A stretch of 64,000 nt of DNA. Source: the human T2T-CHM13v2.0 reference genome, Homo sapiens. Where the stretch lies: NCBI RefSeq assembly GCF_009914755.1, contig NC_060925.1. One strand, 5' to 3'. The position numbers and the translations under genes are program-made. Of the stretch, positions 37,862-52,195 are shown piece by piece. Positions within the stretch are counted from its first letter, which is position 1. Each line of letters begins with the position of its first letter. Under the pieces are notes generated by a model that had not been told where the DNA came from, made no database searches, and saw nothing but the letters and a program-made list of their open reading frames with translations.

Positions 37862-40262
37862 TGACCAGGCTGGTCTCGAACTCCTGACCTCGTGATCCTC
37901 CCGCCTCGGCCTCCCAAAGTGCTGGAATTACAGGCGTGAGCCACCACGCCCGGCCCAGCATGATTCTTTCAGCATTTTTCTTTGTAGATAACAATGAATT
38001 TATTGAAAATAAATGATGTCTATTCTCCTTTTTTTTTTTAAATAGCAGATCCAAAAAACTTCTGAGTTATCAGTATTGTGAATTATTTGGGGTTACTTTT
38101 GGTAGATGAAGTTAATAACATAGATTTTGAAAAACATATAGTATGGTTCTAACACTGGATATGGTAACCATTGCGCAGCTCTATACATTTAAAACTAAAA
38201 CACATTGCACACTTAAAGGGGGAGAATTTTGTGGTATGTAAATTATACTTCAATAAAGGAGTTAAAAATACACTGTGGATGGTGTTAAGCTAAGCTTAAG
38301 TAAGTAGATTTTCATGAATTTGAAATAGTGCAGAATAGCATTTCATGTTAAATTGAATGCAAATCCCAAATTTTTGTTTTGGGTTTTTTGGTTTTTAGAG
38401 ACAGGGTCTTGCTTTGTCTCCTAGGCTTCAATGCATTGCCACAGTCATAGGTCACTGCAGGCTCAAACTCCTGGGCTCAAGCAATCCCCCTGCCTCAGCC
38501 TCCTGAGTAGCTAGGACTGCAGGTGCATGCCACTGTGCCTGGCTAATTTTTTAATTCTTTTGTAGAGACGGGGTCTCACTTTGTTGTCTAGGCTGGACAA
38601 AATTTTTAAAAAGTTCTTTAAAGAATCACTTAGTTTCAAAGCTGGTGGGCCTGTTGAATTCTAAACTCTGTTTCTCTGTTGCCACATAGGTCGTGACACC
38701 TCAGCTGGTAACCAGAAATATTAACTATCCTTTGTGAATAGCCTATAAACCATACTGTTGTTTATACGCATGGGAACTTCTGCAAGTGATTTGGTTGTGT
38801 TGTTGTTTTTACTTTGGTTAAATTTTAAATCTATTTTCTATTCCGTAACATTGCCATCCAAGAAGCCATTAAATATGATAAATACTGAAAAGAAGATCTG
38901 ACATTTCTGTTAATTTAGCAGCAAACATGCTGGAAATATTAGAACTAATGCTGAGAAAATAAAAGAGCAGTATTAAAATAGGAGGACTTTTATTTTTAAA
39001 ATGAAAAACTTCTGACAACCTGGCTCTAAAATTGCAAACATTCAAATGCATTCCTAAGCTGTGCTGTCATCTGTGTTAAAATAGAAAACAGGCTGGGTGT
39101 GGTAGCTCATGCCTGTCTGTAATCCCAGCACTTGGGAGGCTGAGGCAGGAGGGTTGCTTGAGACCAGGAGTTCAAGACCCAGTCTGGACAACATAGCGAG
39201 ATCCCCGTCTCTATAAAAAAATTTAAGCCAGGAATGGTGGTGTGTGCATGTAGTTCTAGCTAGTCAGGAGGCTGAGGCAGGAGAATCCCTTGAGCCTAGG
39301 CATTCGAGGCTTCAGTGAGTTACGATTGGGCCATTGTACTTCAGCCTGAGAAACAGTGAGACTCAGTCTCTAAAAATAATTAAAATAGGAAATATTTTTG
39401 ATATTTTGGAAGGAGGTGATACTGATACAAAATGGTTTACTAGTAATATTTTGTGTTTTAAAAGCATAAACACAGATTTTATTATAATTATTGTGGTTTA
39501 AAAGTATGCCTGCAAAAAGAAATATAGCACAGTAGTTGTATTTCAAGCCATCTTTACAATGTTTCCTATGATAAGAAAATAGCTTTGCATTAGGCAGGGT
39601 TTGAATTATGTTTTAAGGAATGAATTCCACCCATAAAATATAACCCACTCCATATTCTATAATTTATTGTTTGCCATGTTCCATGCTGCATTTCCTTAAC
39701 CATCCTGAATTAATGAGTCATTATTGCATGCATTTCTAAGTGCTAGTGCACCAAGAGTTTAATACAGGCTTAAACAATAGTTATTTGTTCTATTCCTCTT
39801 TTTTTTTTTTTTTTTTTTTTTTGAGATAGGGCCTTGCTCTGATGCCCAGCCTGGAGTGCAGTGGCATGATCTTGGCTCACTGCAACCTCCGCCTCCAGGG
39901 TTCAAGTGATTCTCTTGCCTCAGCCTCCCAAGTAGCTGAGACTGCAGGTGCGCTGGGGACTACAGTCGTGCCCCACCACACCTGGCTAATTTCTGTATTT
40001 TTAGTTGAGGCGGAGTTTCACCATGTTGGCAGGCTGGTCTCGAACTTCTGGCCTCAAGTGATCTGCCCGCCTCAGCCTCCCAAAGTGCTGAGATTACAGC
40101 ATGAGCCACGATGCCTGGCCCTGTTCTGTTTCTCTTATAGGAATATAGGAGTTGTGCAATCACAAACAAATGAAATGAAGATTTGAGTTAGTTCTCTAAA
40201 AATGAAAACGTTTTCCTTATTCACTTATAAGACCGTTTAGTGCTGAATGTGAGATGTTGAAA

Positions 40263-40278
40263 TCACTAGAGGGCAGCA
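40263..40278 (+). promoter_or_regulatory. Candidate CTCF site
   Basis: TCACTAGAGGGCAGCA matches the core CCASYAGRKGGCRS at all positions except the first; it lies outside recognised repeats. Confidence 0.55.
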
Positions 40279-40629
40279 CGTTTTATCTACATGTTGGATG
40301 CCTGTGACTCAGGTGCCATTCTGTGTTGCTACTTGTAGCACTGGGAGTTAAATATAAGTCAACACTTGCTGGCAGGCTTTGTATGCACCTGGTACTGTAA
40401 CTCAGAATGAGAAAGAACGTGGAAGTTATGCAGAGAAGACATGAAATAACATTACTGTAAATTTCCATTATTGTGCAAGTTCTTCTAGCTAAAAGTATCT
40501 GGAAGTGTTATGTTTATGTTTATTTGTAGCTTCTATTTTCAGAGATTGTTAAATTATAATTGATAAACTTTTTTTTTGTAACTTCTGAAGGCTTAACGAA
40601 AACCTCCAATATGATTTCAATTATACATA

Positions 40630-40875
40630 GTATAACTTAGTAATTAAGAATATGGGCTTTGGAGTCAAACAAGCATGGGTTCAAATCCTGGCTCTACCCC
40701 TCTTGCTAGCCGAGACATTAAGCAAGCCTTGACTTTGCTTAGACTCAGCTTTTTCATCTGTAATGTGTAGGAGTATATTAGGATCAACTTCATAAAACTG
40801 TGAGGATTAAGTGAGATTACATAACATATTTAGCATAGGCACATGGTAAACACTTATCTATTCATTATTATAATT
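40630..40875 (+). mobile_element. MIR SINE; similar MIR fragments at ~17080-17300, 29690-29800, 33930-34090, 35180-35330, 51020-51560 and 52205-52440
   Basis: gggctttggagtcaaac...gggttcaaatcctggctctacc...ctcagctttttcatctgtaa MIR core. Confidence 0.7.
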
Positions 40876-41609
40876 ATAGTCTAGCAGTTTAAAGAGGCCT
40901 GTTCTAAGCTGGTTTAAAAATTTCATAGTTATAGATAGGAGGATGTCACATGTTCATAAGTTGTTTTACAATGATATTGTTAGTCAATTCTGCAGACAAC
41001 ATTCTTTTTTTCTGGGAATTAATTTGATTTTTCTCATAGTAATATAAATTTGTATTTAATGAAACAAGGTAAGCCATGTTTAAACTTATTTTTTGGTAAA
41101 GTAAAAAAAGGTGCTTTTTATAAATCTACCTTTTTCCGGGTTAGAAATTATCTGAAGGGTTTGAAAAAATAATTATTCTAGATGTAGCTAAGATTACTGA
41201 TTTTCCCTCATCTCTGACCTTGTCATGCGTAGGAGGAAAATAAAAAATGATAATGGATATACTGCCTCTTGCTGGCATATCCTATTATTATTAATTATTA
41301 TTATTATTTGAGACAGGGTCTTGCTCTGTTGCTTGGGCTAGAATTCAATGGTGCGATCATGGCTCACCACAGCCTCAACTTCCTGGGTCCAAGTGATTCT
41401 CCCATTTCAGCTTCCTGAGTACCTGGGACTACAGGCGTGAACTACCATGACTAGCTAATTTTTTAATTTTTTGTAGAGACAGGATCTCACTATGTTGCCA
41501 GGCTGGTCTCGAGCTCCTGGGCTCAGGCAGTCCTTCTTCCTTGGCATCCCAAAGTGCTGGGATTACAGACATGAGCCACCATGCCAGGTCTGGATTCTGA
41601 ATAAATTAA

Positions 41610-41801
<192 letters not shown>

Positions 41802-42599
41802 TAGCTGAAATGGGATTTCACCATGTTGGCCAGGCTGGTCTCAAGCTCCTGACCTCAGGTGATCCACTCAGCTGGGCCTCCCAAAGTGCTGGAATTACAG
41901 GCATGAGCCACTGCACCTGGCCAAAAAGAGCCTTTTTTTTTTGAGATGGTGTTTTGCTCTGTGGCCCAGCTGGAGTGCAGTGGCACGATCTCCGCTCACT
42001 GCCTCCTGAGTTCAAGTGATTCTCCTGTCTTAGCCTCCCGACTACCACGCCTGACCTAAACTTTTTTTCTTAATAGCCAGATTGGACAATGTGTTAAGGA
42101 TTTTTACAACTTCTTCCTTTCCCCTCAAAAAAATTCTCTGGAAGCTGGGTGTGTTGACTCACGCCTGTAGTCTCAGCTACTTGGGAGGCTGAGTGGGGAG
42201 GGTTGCTTGAGTCTTGGAAATCGAGGCCGCAGTGAGCTATGATCACACCACCGCACTCCAGCTTGGGTGACAGAGTGAGACCCTGTCTCAAAAAATAAAA
42301 TAAAATAAAATAAAAAATTATCTGGAGAAGAGAATACAGAGCAAATTAACAACATACTTACCCAGCCAGCTGCGTAGAGATTCCCTGCCTGCCTTACAAT
42401 TTCTGCCAACACTTTGTCCAGCTCAGAAGGAGTGAGATCCAGAGCAAAAGTGAGGATGGGTTTGCAGACCCTGACCTTTCTCTAGAAAGTCTGCGAAGGA
42501 GAGTGAACTAGTACACACCAAGAACTAGTGAACATTAATTTTATCTTATTTTCCTCTACCTGGTTAATTGCATGCAGGTTCTCAGCATTAGCCAAGTTA

Positions 42600-42990
<391 letters not shown>

Positions 42991-43958
42991 CTAAACCTTA
43001 AACTCCTTGTGGGCAGAAGACATACTTAATTCTATTCAGTGTCTGAAACTGGTTTGAATGTAGTATAGATAGTAGTAGGTCTGTGGGTCTTCTATGATGT
43101 TTATCAGAATCACCTTCATAGGTTTTGCTCTAGACCTACTGAAATTGAAACTTTGGGGTTGGGACATGAAGCTTTGGGTTTGTATTTCCTAGTTCAGCAG
43201 GTGATTCTCATGTGCATTTCTGCTTACGAGGCCCTGCAGGTAATATCTGAATGATAGATATTTGGATGGATAGATAAGATGGGTATCATTAAGGTTTTTT
43301 GCAATAAATTTAAGTAAATGGTATAATTTCAGCTTATTAAATACAGAACTTTATTTTTAGTGAAGTAGAAATTTAAAACTAATTTTTTAAGTACATGAGG
43401 AAAATATAATGTATGGTTCATGTGTATTTTATTTTAAGCCTCAAATATATAAAGTACTACTGCCAGTAAGTCTGTTTGTCTTTTTGTTTTTTCTTTTTAA
43501 AAATTTGAAGCAGGGTCTCACTCTGTCACCCAGGCTGGAGTGCAGTGGTGTGACCATAGCTTACTATAGCCTTGAACTATTGGGCTCAAGGGATCCTCCC
43601 ACCTCAGCCTTCCAAGTAGCTGGGACTACAGGCATGTGCCACACCACCCAGCTAATTTTTTTTGTATTTTTTGTAGACATGGGAGTCTTCCTGTATTTCA
43701 CAGGCTGGGCTCGAACTCCTGGGCTCAAGTGGTCGTCCTGCCTCAGCCTCCCAAAGTGCTGGGATTACAGGCATGAGCCATTGTACCTGGTCCCAGATAT
43801 TTAATTTTAATGTCATCACATTTTTCATTCTTTCCTATATGGTTTGTGCTTTCTATGTATTGTTTAGAGGGATAAAGATAATTCTTTTGTATTTTCCTTG
43901 GAAAGTGTTAAAGCTTTGTTTTTCATATTTAGGTCTTTATTCTTCTAGAAGTTGGTCA

Positions 43959-44153
<195 letters not shown>

Positions 44154-44282
44154 CTACTTGGGAGGCTGAGATAGCAGGATCTTTTGAGCCTGGGAGTTTG
44201 AAGCTGTAGTGAGCTAGGATGGCACCACTGCACTTCAGCCTTGGTAACAGAGTGAGACCCTGTCCCTTAAAAAATCTTCTAG

Positions 44283-44465
<183 letters not shown>

Positions 44466-44629
44466 TAGTAGAGACGGGGTTTCACCATGTTGGCCAGGCT
44501 GATCTTGAACTCCTGATCTCAAGTGATCCTCCCATCTCGGCCTCCCAAAGTCCTGAGATTACAGGCGTGACCCACTGCGCCCGGCCGTAGAAGTTTTTTT
44601 AAATGTATTTTATTGTTTTGTTTTTAATG

Positions 44630-45350
44630 TTTGGATGGGTAATTGCCTCAGCACCTCTCTTTGAATAATATATTCTTTTCTGACTGATTTGCAAAGCCCC
44701 CCCACCCCCCACCGTCATATGTCAGGTCTCTTTCTGTGTGTCTTTTCTGGGCTCTCTATTTTGTTCTGTTAATCTGTTTCCTGCATTGGTTTCACAGTGT
44801 CTTAATTACTGTAGCTTTATATAGCTTTATAATAAATCTTGACACTTGGCAGGGTGAGTCCATTCACTGTGGGGCTTTTTGAGACTTGTCATGACTATTC
44901 TTAGCCCTTTGCTTTTCCATGTGAAGTTTAGGACAGCTTGTCAAGTTTCATGAAAAACTCTCTTGGGATTTTGATTATTATATTGTATTTATAGGTCAGC
45001 TGTAGGCAAATTTACATTTTCATAATAGTAACCTTTATATCTGTGAACATGGTATGGTTCTTTACTTAGGTCTTCATTTATATCTTTCATAATGTTTTAT
45101 AATCTTCTTCATAAATGTCTTATATGTCTTTTTTCCTAAGTCCCTTACAGTTTCATTGTCATTATAAGTGGTTATCTTTTTAAGTTTACATTTTCTAATT
45201 TGTCATTGCTGGGATCTTAAATGTAGGTTTTTGCATTTGAATATTAACAACTCTTGTGAACTCTTATTAGTTGTAATACCAGTAATTTGACATAGGTTCT
45301 TTTGGAGTTTTTATTTAGACCACATATTATCTGGGAATGATAACATGTTT
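44630..45350 (-). mobile_element. Old L1M ORF2 fragment
   Basis: gtcttaattactgtagctttat...ttgggattttgatt antisense L1 motifs. Confidence 0.65.
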
Positions 45351-47119
45351 ATTTTTATTTCATCTTTTCACCACATATTCTTTCATCCCTCTTCCGCACC
45401 CCCCTCCCCGCACCCCTGCCCTATCTCACCGCTTTGGGTAGAGTGTTATAATCTTTTTATGTCTGAAGAGAGCTGTGTCAGAAAGAGGACCATAAGTCAG
45501 CTGGCCCACTATACAGAATCAAAGACTATATTTCCCTGTGGCTATAGCCTCTCATTAAGGTAAAGGAGCATTAATGGCAGAGATACACATGGAGACTTTA
45601 AAGCAGATATAGGTTAAAAATCAGTTTTTAAGTATTTATTTATTTGCTGTGTACCTGACACAGCAAACAAATACTTAAACACAACTCTGAAGCATGTGAT
45701 GAAATTCAGATGAAATAAGGGCTAATGTGCCTATTTTCAGGTTGCTTGTAGTCTGGTGGGGTAACTAACACTTACACTTATGGAGCAGTTAAAAAGCAAT
45801 ATAAGTTAGTATATTCTTCAATACCGAGCAATTAGACTCAGAGCCTAACCTCCATCCACAAAGTCGAAGATCCTTCTTTAACTTTTCCTCTCCACTTCCA
45901 TTTCTTCCCATACCTCACAATTGATGTGCCCTCAGCCTGTTTAAGAGCCTAAGATAAGAACTTGAAAGTAAACAGATCTTGTTTGGGACATATGGGTTAA
46001 TTCTTTAGTTATCTGCAGCTGTTTTTTGCTGCAGTATCTGAATATCTATGAAATTTATTTGGGAACTCAAGTTTCACGTAAGAAGATATGTACAGTGTAT
46101 TTCTGCATGATAGTGTTACTTTCCTTAATAAACAAGTAATTTTGTAAGCTTTGAAAAGTGGCTATAAATGGGTAGCAAATGCAAAAATGTTTGTTTTATT
46201 ATTTTGAGTCCAGAAACATGTCTATGCTATGTAGGTAATTTTTATACATTTCAAATATCACACAATAAAAATATATATTTATATATTTTATAATAAACAG
46301 AAATTTTATTATCTGAATTATTTTGGTAAAAATTAGGCTTCAGTTGGCCACAACAACTGAGAGATACTCTACCAATCTCTCATGAGGAAATTCTCATCTT
46401 CCACCAAAATGTGGGATCCTACCAATCTCTAAAACCAGGAATAACTTATACTTTAGGAGACTTCTGTTACTGTCATATCATGACGAATGTTTGTGATTAC
46501 ATGCTTTGGAAGTTTATTTTTGTAACAGTAGATTCAGGAATTAACATTATTCTTTACGCACTTTGGTTAGACTATTTGGGCAGGAATAAATTGCTGGATT
46601 TAATGCCAGTTTAGAAATAAACTGGGTGTGAGGTGGGAGGATCGCTTAAGCCCAGGAAGTTTAGGCTGCAAGACCTTGTCTCAAAACAAAACAACACCAA
46701 AAAAGTAAACCCGATTAACAACAGATGTATCTTGTCCACAGTTTCTTGGGGACATTATATAGTTGGTATGGTTTAAATGAATAAAGTTCCAACTTATTAA
46801 TCTCTAATTTCATTTCCTTCTAAAATTAATTGGGCTTCATATTTTGTGTAGTTACACTTCCTGTGAAGAGTAGTATATATGTACAGTAGTAGTATTAGCA
46901 GGCAACACTGAAGCCTGTGTGATAAATGTTATTTTTGTGGCTGAAACAGAGGACTTTGAGATTCTTTTATATTGATGTGTAGGAACAGATTTAGATCTTA
47001 AACCAGGAATTTTTGTGGCTTTATTGAAAGCATTGCTTCACATATTTCAGATAAGTGTTTAGGCATCTTCCTAATCTATGTTTTTACAGAATGAGCTCAC
47101 AGAATCTTGGGTCTGTAAT

Positions 47120-47660
47120 ATTTATTTAGCAAACATTTAATTTCCTAGTATATGTCAAACATGGTATAAGACACTGGAGAAATAAAGATGAAGATTTCAT
47201 CTCTGCCTTTAGGCAATGCAGAGTCTAGTTTTGGAAACAGGCATTAAAAAATACACAGACAGTGGAGTAAGTACATAATAACATGTTTATAAAGTGCTAT
47301 GGGAACACTAAGGAAAAGCATGTGATTATTCATGGAGCGGGGCTCATGGGAACGTTTCACAGGAGGAGTGACACTTAAAGAAAGATGGTCTGCTAGGGAG
47401 ACAGTTGAGAAAAGAGCATTCCTAGCAGAGGGAAGAACATGGATCAAGGTGCAGAGTGGAGCCTGTTTAGGGAACTACAAGTTCTTTGATATGTTTTGGA
47501 AACACAATATAGGTGGGGAGTGGTAGGAGATGAACCTAGAAAGCTGGGCAGGACATAAATTATGAAGGTCCTTGCTTTGTACCTTTAGACAAAAGGGAGC
47601 CGTTGAGGATTATAAGAAGTCATAATCAAATTTATGAGTTTGAAGAAGTCTGGAAGTGTG
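47120..47660 (-). mobile_element. L2 LINE fragment
   Basis: atttatttagcaaacattt 3' tail and agcattcctagcagagggaagaac motif. Confidence 0.6.
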
Positions 47661-48364
47661 GCTGGCACAGTTTAAATATTTTATCCATTTTTGTTGCTGC
47701 TCCTTTATAAGATTTTATTGAGTCAGTGAGACATCCTTTAAGGGAAAATTAGAGATTTTGCCAGCTTAGTACTGACTGCACAAATTCTCTGGCAGAGCAT
47801 AGGAAAAGCTGTCAAGTAGAACCTCTTGACCACTAGAGAGATGTTATTCTTCTTTTTTGGTAAGCAGCCAGATAGAACATTTAGAAATACTGAATGAACT
47901 TGGCAACAAGAGGAAATACCTCAGCCTAACATCTTACATCAAATGTCAGCCCCAAGTTGAAGCTCTGAGACCTTGTCCTCTCCCATTCCTGCAGAATCAT
48001 TGTGGTTGGAGGATAAACTCCCTGAGGGTTTATTTTTAGGGAATGATATGAATTGCCAGCTTAAGTTGTATACTCAGACATCTAAATATACAGAGTACAC
48101 ATTGTACAACATATGAGAAATTTGGCTTAGTAATTTCCTCCCATGTGTAAGGCTCATAATCTTATTTTTAAAGGGTTTAGTAATAACACAAAATGAAATC
48201 TAACTGGTATTATACAAGTTAAAGTAGGTTCAGAGAAGAAAGCAATATAATGAAAATTGTTGGGGTCCCAGAAACATGAGAAATTTCTGGTGCTTGCCTT
48301 TGCCTGTTTTGTGTTGAAGTTATGTCTTAACAGCTTGGATTTCTATGTCCAGGACCATCACTGC

Positions 48365-48374
48365 CCATATAAGG
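48365..48374. promoter_or_regulatory. Perfect CArG box (SRF site) CCATATAAGG
   Basis: CC(A/T)6GG in non-repetitive intronic sequence; function untested. Confidence 0.4.
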
Positions 48375-50453
48375 CCTTTATGTGATTTAGACAAAGGGCC
48401 ATCCATGTAAGCCCCTTGGGAGGGGACCTTTGTGCCAAGAAGAAGGTCCACTTTCCTTCAGGAAGATGCAGGTCTAGTATTTGGGCTGGATTTCTGCCCC
48501 GACTTATTCCTGTGGCAGGGGACCTTTGTGTAACATACAGAATGACCAGTTGTACCTCGTGGCCCTGCTCAAGTCTCTGTAACTGCAGACCTAATCTTAA
48601 TGACTTCTTGCTCCAGTTTGGGTTAATCTAGTCACTTCTTTCTTCTTTAAACAAAAGGGGGGAGGGTGTAGAAAATGCTGTTACTCTTCTAAAGTGTTTG
48701 AATGGTTCCCATTCCCTTTCCTTGTGTTACTCACTTTGCATTGGCAGCTGTACTTCCCAGTTAGGAATCACAGTTGTTGTGTTGGTCAATCATAGTATAT
48801 AAAAATTTTGATAAATAGGGAATGCCAGAGACAACTATTGTGGAAATCTTCTTTTGGGTAATATCAGGCTGTTTTGTACATACATTATTTCACATGGGTG
48901 AAACTTTATACGTCATCACAAATCAAGAACTTTGACAAGTTCTCCTTTTTTCTTTTTTTTTATTATTCCCACCACCTCATCATATATAACTTTTTTTTTC
49001 TTTTTTAGAGGAACAGGGTCTCACTCTGTTGTCCAGGCTGGAGCGCAGTGGCGTGATCCTAACTCACTGCAGCCTCAAACTCCTAGGCTCAAGTGATCCT
49101 CCTGCCTCAGTCTCCTGAATAGCTGGACTACATTGTGCACACAACCATGCCTGGCTAATGTTTTTATTTTATATAGAGATGGGATTTCGGTATGTTGCTT
49201 GGGCTGGTCTTGAACTCTTGGGGTCAAGTGGTCCTCCCGCCTCAGCCTCCCAAAGCACCAGAATTGCAGGCATGAGCCACTGCACCTGCCCCAAGTTCTC
49301 TTTTCTTTTGTTTCAGTGGATTTTATTGTTTCTCTTTTCAATATTGAGGCACATTGAGGTTAAAAATCAAGAAAATATTATAACTGTCTTAGTTTTTCAC
49401 TTTCTGAAATTTTGTTGTTTCTGATTTTTATATTCAACTTTGTTCTTTCTCTCAAATTATACTGTAGTATTTTAAAACAAATCAGAAAGTAAAAATTATC
49501 CACAGTATGTATGGGCAGATAGTCATACAGAATAAACAAAGAGCAGCAGTGGTTTCCTAGACTTGATTATTTAAACAAATTATAACAGACTCTGTTTGGA
49601 AAATAGCTCATCTTGTCGACAGCAGAAGCTTTTCCATTGTTAATAAAAGCATAGAAAGGACAAGGTTCCAAGTCATATTTTAACTGCTGAATATCACCTG
49701 GAGAAAAGCTGTTGACATAGAAGTCAGATGACGTTGAGACAATTGGCAGGCTTCCTCTTGTTGCTCCTGTTATAAAATCTGCAGTGGACAGCCTGGATTT
49801 TAAAAGAAGAGTGGCATCTTTGGAATCTCTACTAGAATCTGCTGAGGTTAAAATAGACCCAGTGTTTTCTAAGTGACAGAAAATAGAATGTGCCTAGGGA
49901 TGGCAAAAGTGAAATGTAGAAAACCCACTTGGATTGGTCTAAGGAAGTAGATCCAGGCCTGAAATTCCAAGTTCCAGGACTTCTAGTTTTCTTTAAAACT
50001 TTTAAAGCAAATCCTGCTTTGGAAAAAAACTCAAGTAATATGTGAATTATGAGATTGTGAAAGAAGGGTAAGGCTTGGATCCAGTCAGATTTTTGGCCTA
50101 GAATATGTGACAATTGAGTTAAGAGTAAACATTGTGGTGTTAATGTACTTCCAAAGAATATCATCGTTGATATCTGTGTACAGTGAATGCTTTAAAAGTT
50201 CTGGGTGATTGAGACAGTTTAAATTTTTTTTAATTATAGATTTACTTATTTTAAAATGTTACCAAAAATAAAAAAGAGCTACTTCACTGAGAGCCAGTGT
50301 GGTAATTTACAGAGTATTTTAAATTTAATGTACAATCAACCAGTTTGGGGAAAGCTTTTTAAAATGAACTTCTAATGTTCATTATCATTCATTAAGGAGT
50401 GTAAGCTGCATATTTCAGGTTTACAAGATAGTAGTATAAGTTTAGTTAATTTA

Positions 50454-50681
<228 letters not shown>

Positions 50682-51935
50682 TCAACCTGGGAGGTGGAGG
50701 TTGCAGTGAACCAAGATCGCTCCACTGCACTCCAGCCTGGGCAACAGAGCGAGACTCTGTTTCAGAAAAAAGAAAAAAAAGAAAAAAAGAAAGAAACGTA
50801 AGAAATTTAACAGGGTTCTGAAAACAAGTTAAAGTCATAGGCAAAATGAACCAGAGTAAGTATATGATAGGCTCTCTAGAGATTTTCATGTCCTGGGGAC
50901 GGTCCATTTATAATAATAAATTTTAGTTTACATGAACAAATATGTAAGTGTTTGTTATGTGTTCAATAATCTCCCGAGAACTGTACGAACCACCAGGAAA
51001 AACAAAAAGGGAAAAGAAAGAAAGTAAAGTCCCTCCACTCAAGTTATATTACAAATGGGAATATTGAGGAACAGAGAAGATAAGAAACTTACTCAAGGTT
51101 ACACAGCTAATAAGTAACAGAGTCAGTATTGGAATTCAGCTCTAGAACCCATGGTTTTAACGCTTTTGCTATACTGCCTTACATAGGAGCAAAAAATCAG
51201 ATAAATTTTGGAGGATGTTTACAGGGGATAATACTTGAACTGAGTATTAAAAAAAATGTGCTTATGGGTAGCATAGGGCAAGGGAGCAGAAGGAGAGTAG
51301 GATATATGTAGAGTAGAAACAGGAGGAACCAGAGGCTTGAATAAAGAATGCGTTTGGTAATGATAGTAATAGAAAAAATTATTTTATACTCACGATGGAC
51401 CAAGTACTGTGCCTCCACAAATCTCATTTAACTTTTGCAACAACTCTAGGAAATTAATATTGCTATCCTCAGTTTACGTAGGTGGTAAGTAGCAAATCTT
51501 AGGATCAGGATCCAGGTGCTGGCTGGCTGAATCAGAAACCACGCTTTTACCCATTACATTACTGTATGACAAGTGGGGATATGGTCAACATACCCTCAGA
51601 TAAAGCAGTAAGTTTTTTTCTTTTTTTTAAAATAATTGATAGAAAAGAACATTGGATAGGTAGGATAATCAGAGATAATGGAAAGCTTTGGAAACCAATA
51701 GAGGAGCCATTTGATTAGAAAATGGCTTTTTTTCCCAAGTTACAAAAACTCAATATACATAATTAGGCTATTCTTCTCTAATGATTACATATGTCAAGTA
51801 AAATAGTCTGTGAAAGCACTTAGTATTACTTGGACACGTAATAGTGACTCAAAAACTATAAGCTGAATCTGAGTCTTCTAAAGAACTTGTAAGCTCTTTG
51901 CACTGTAGTGAAAATATGAACAACAAATGCTCTAA

Positions 51936-52195
51936 CAGCAATGTCCAATAGAAATATAATGTGAGCCACAAATGTAATTTTAAAATTTCTAATAGCCACA
52001 TTAAAGGCTCGAAAGAAACAGATAAAATTAATTTTAATAATATATTTTCTTAAACCCAGTATGTTTTAATAAGATGTTTTCTCTTTTTTGTTGCTAAGTC
52101 TTCAGAATCTATTATGTATTTTATACTTACTGCACATCTCATTTCATGTGTTTAATAGACACATGTAACTAGGAGCTACTGTATTGGACACCAGG
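51936..52195. mobile_element. MER33/MER3-like hAT-Charlie element
   Basis: cagcaatgtccaatagaaatataatgtgagccaca...gtattggacac termini. Confidence 0.7.
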
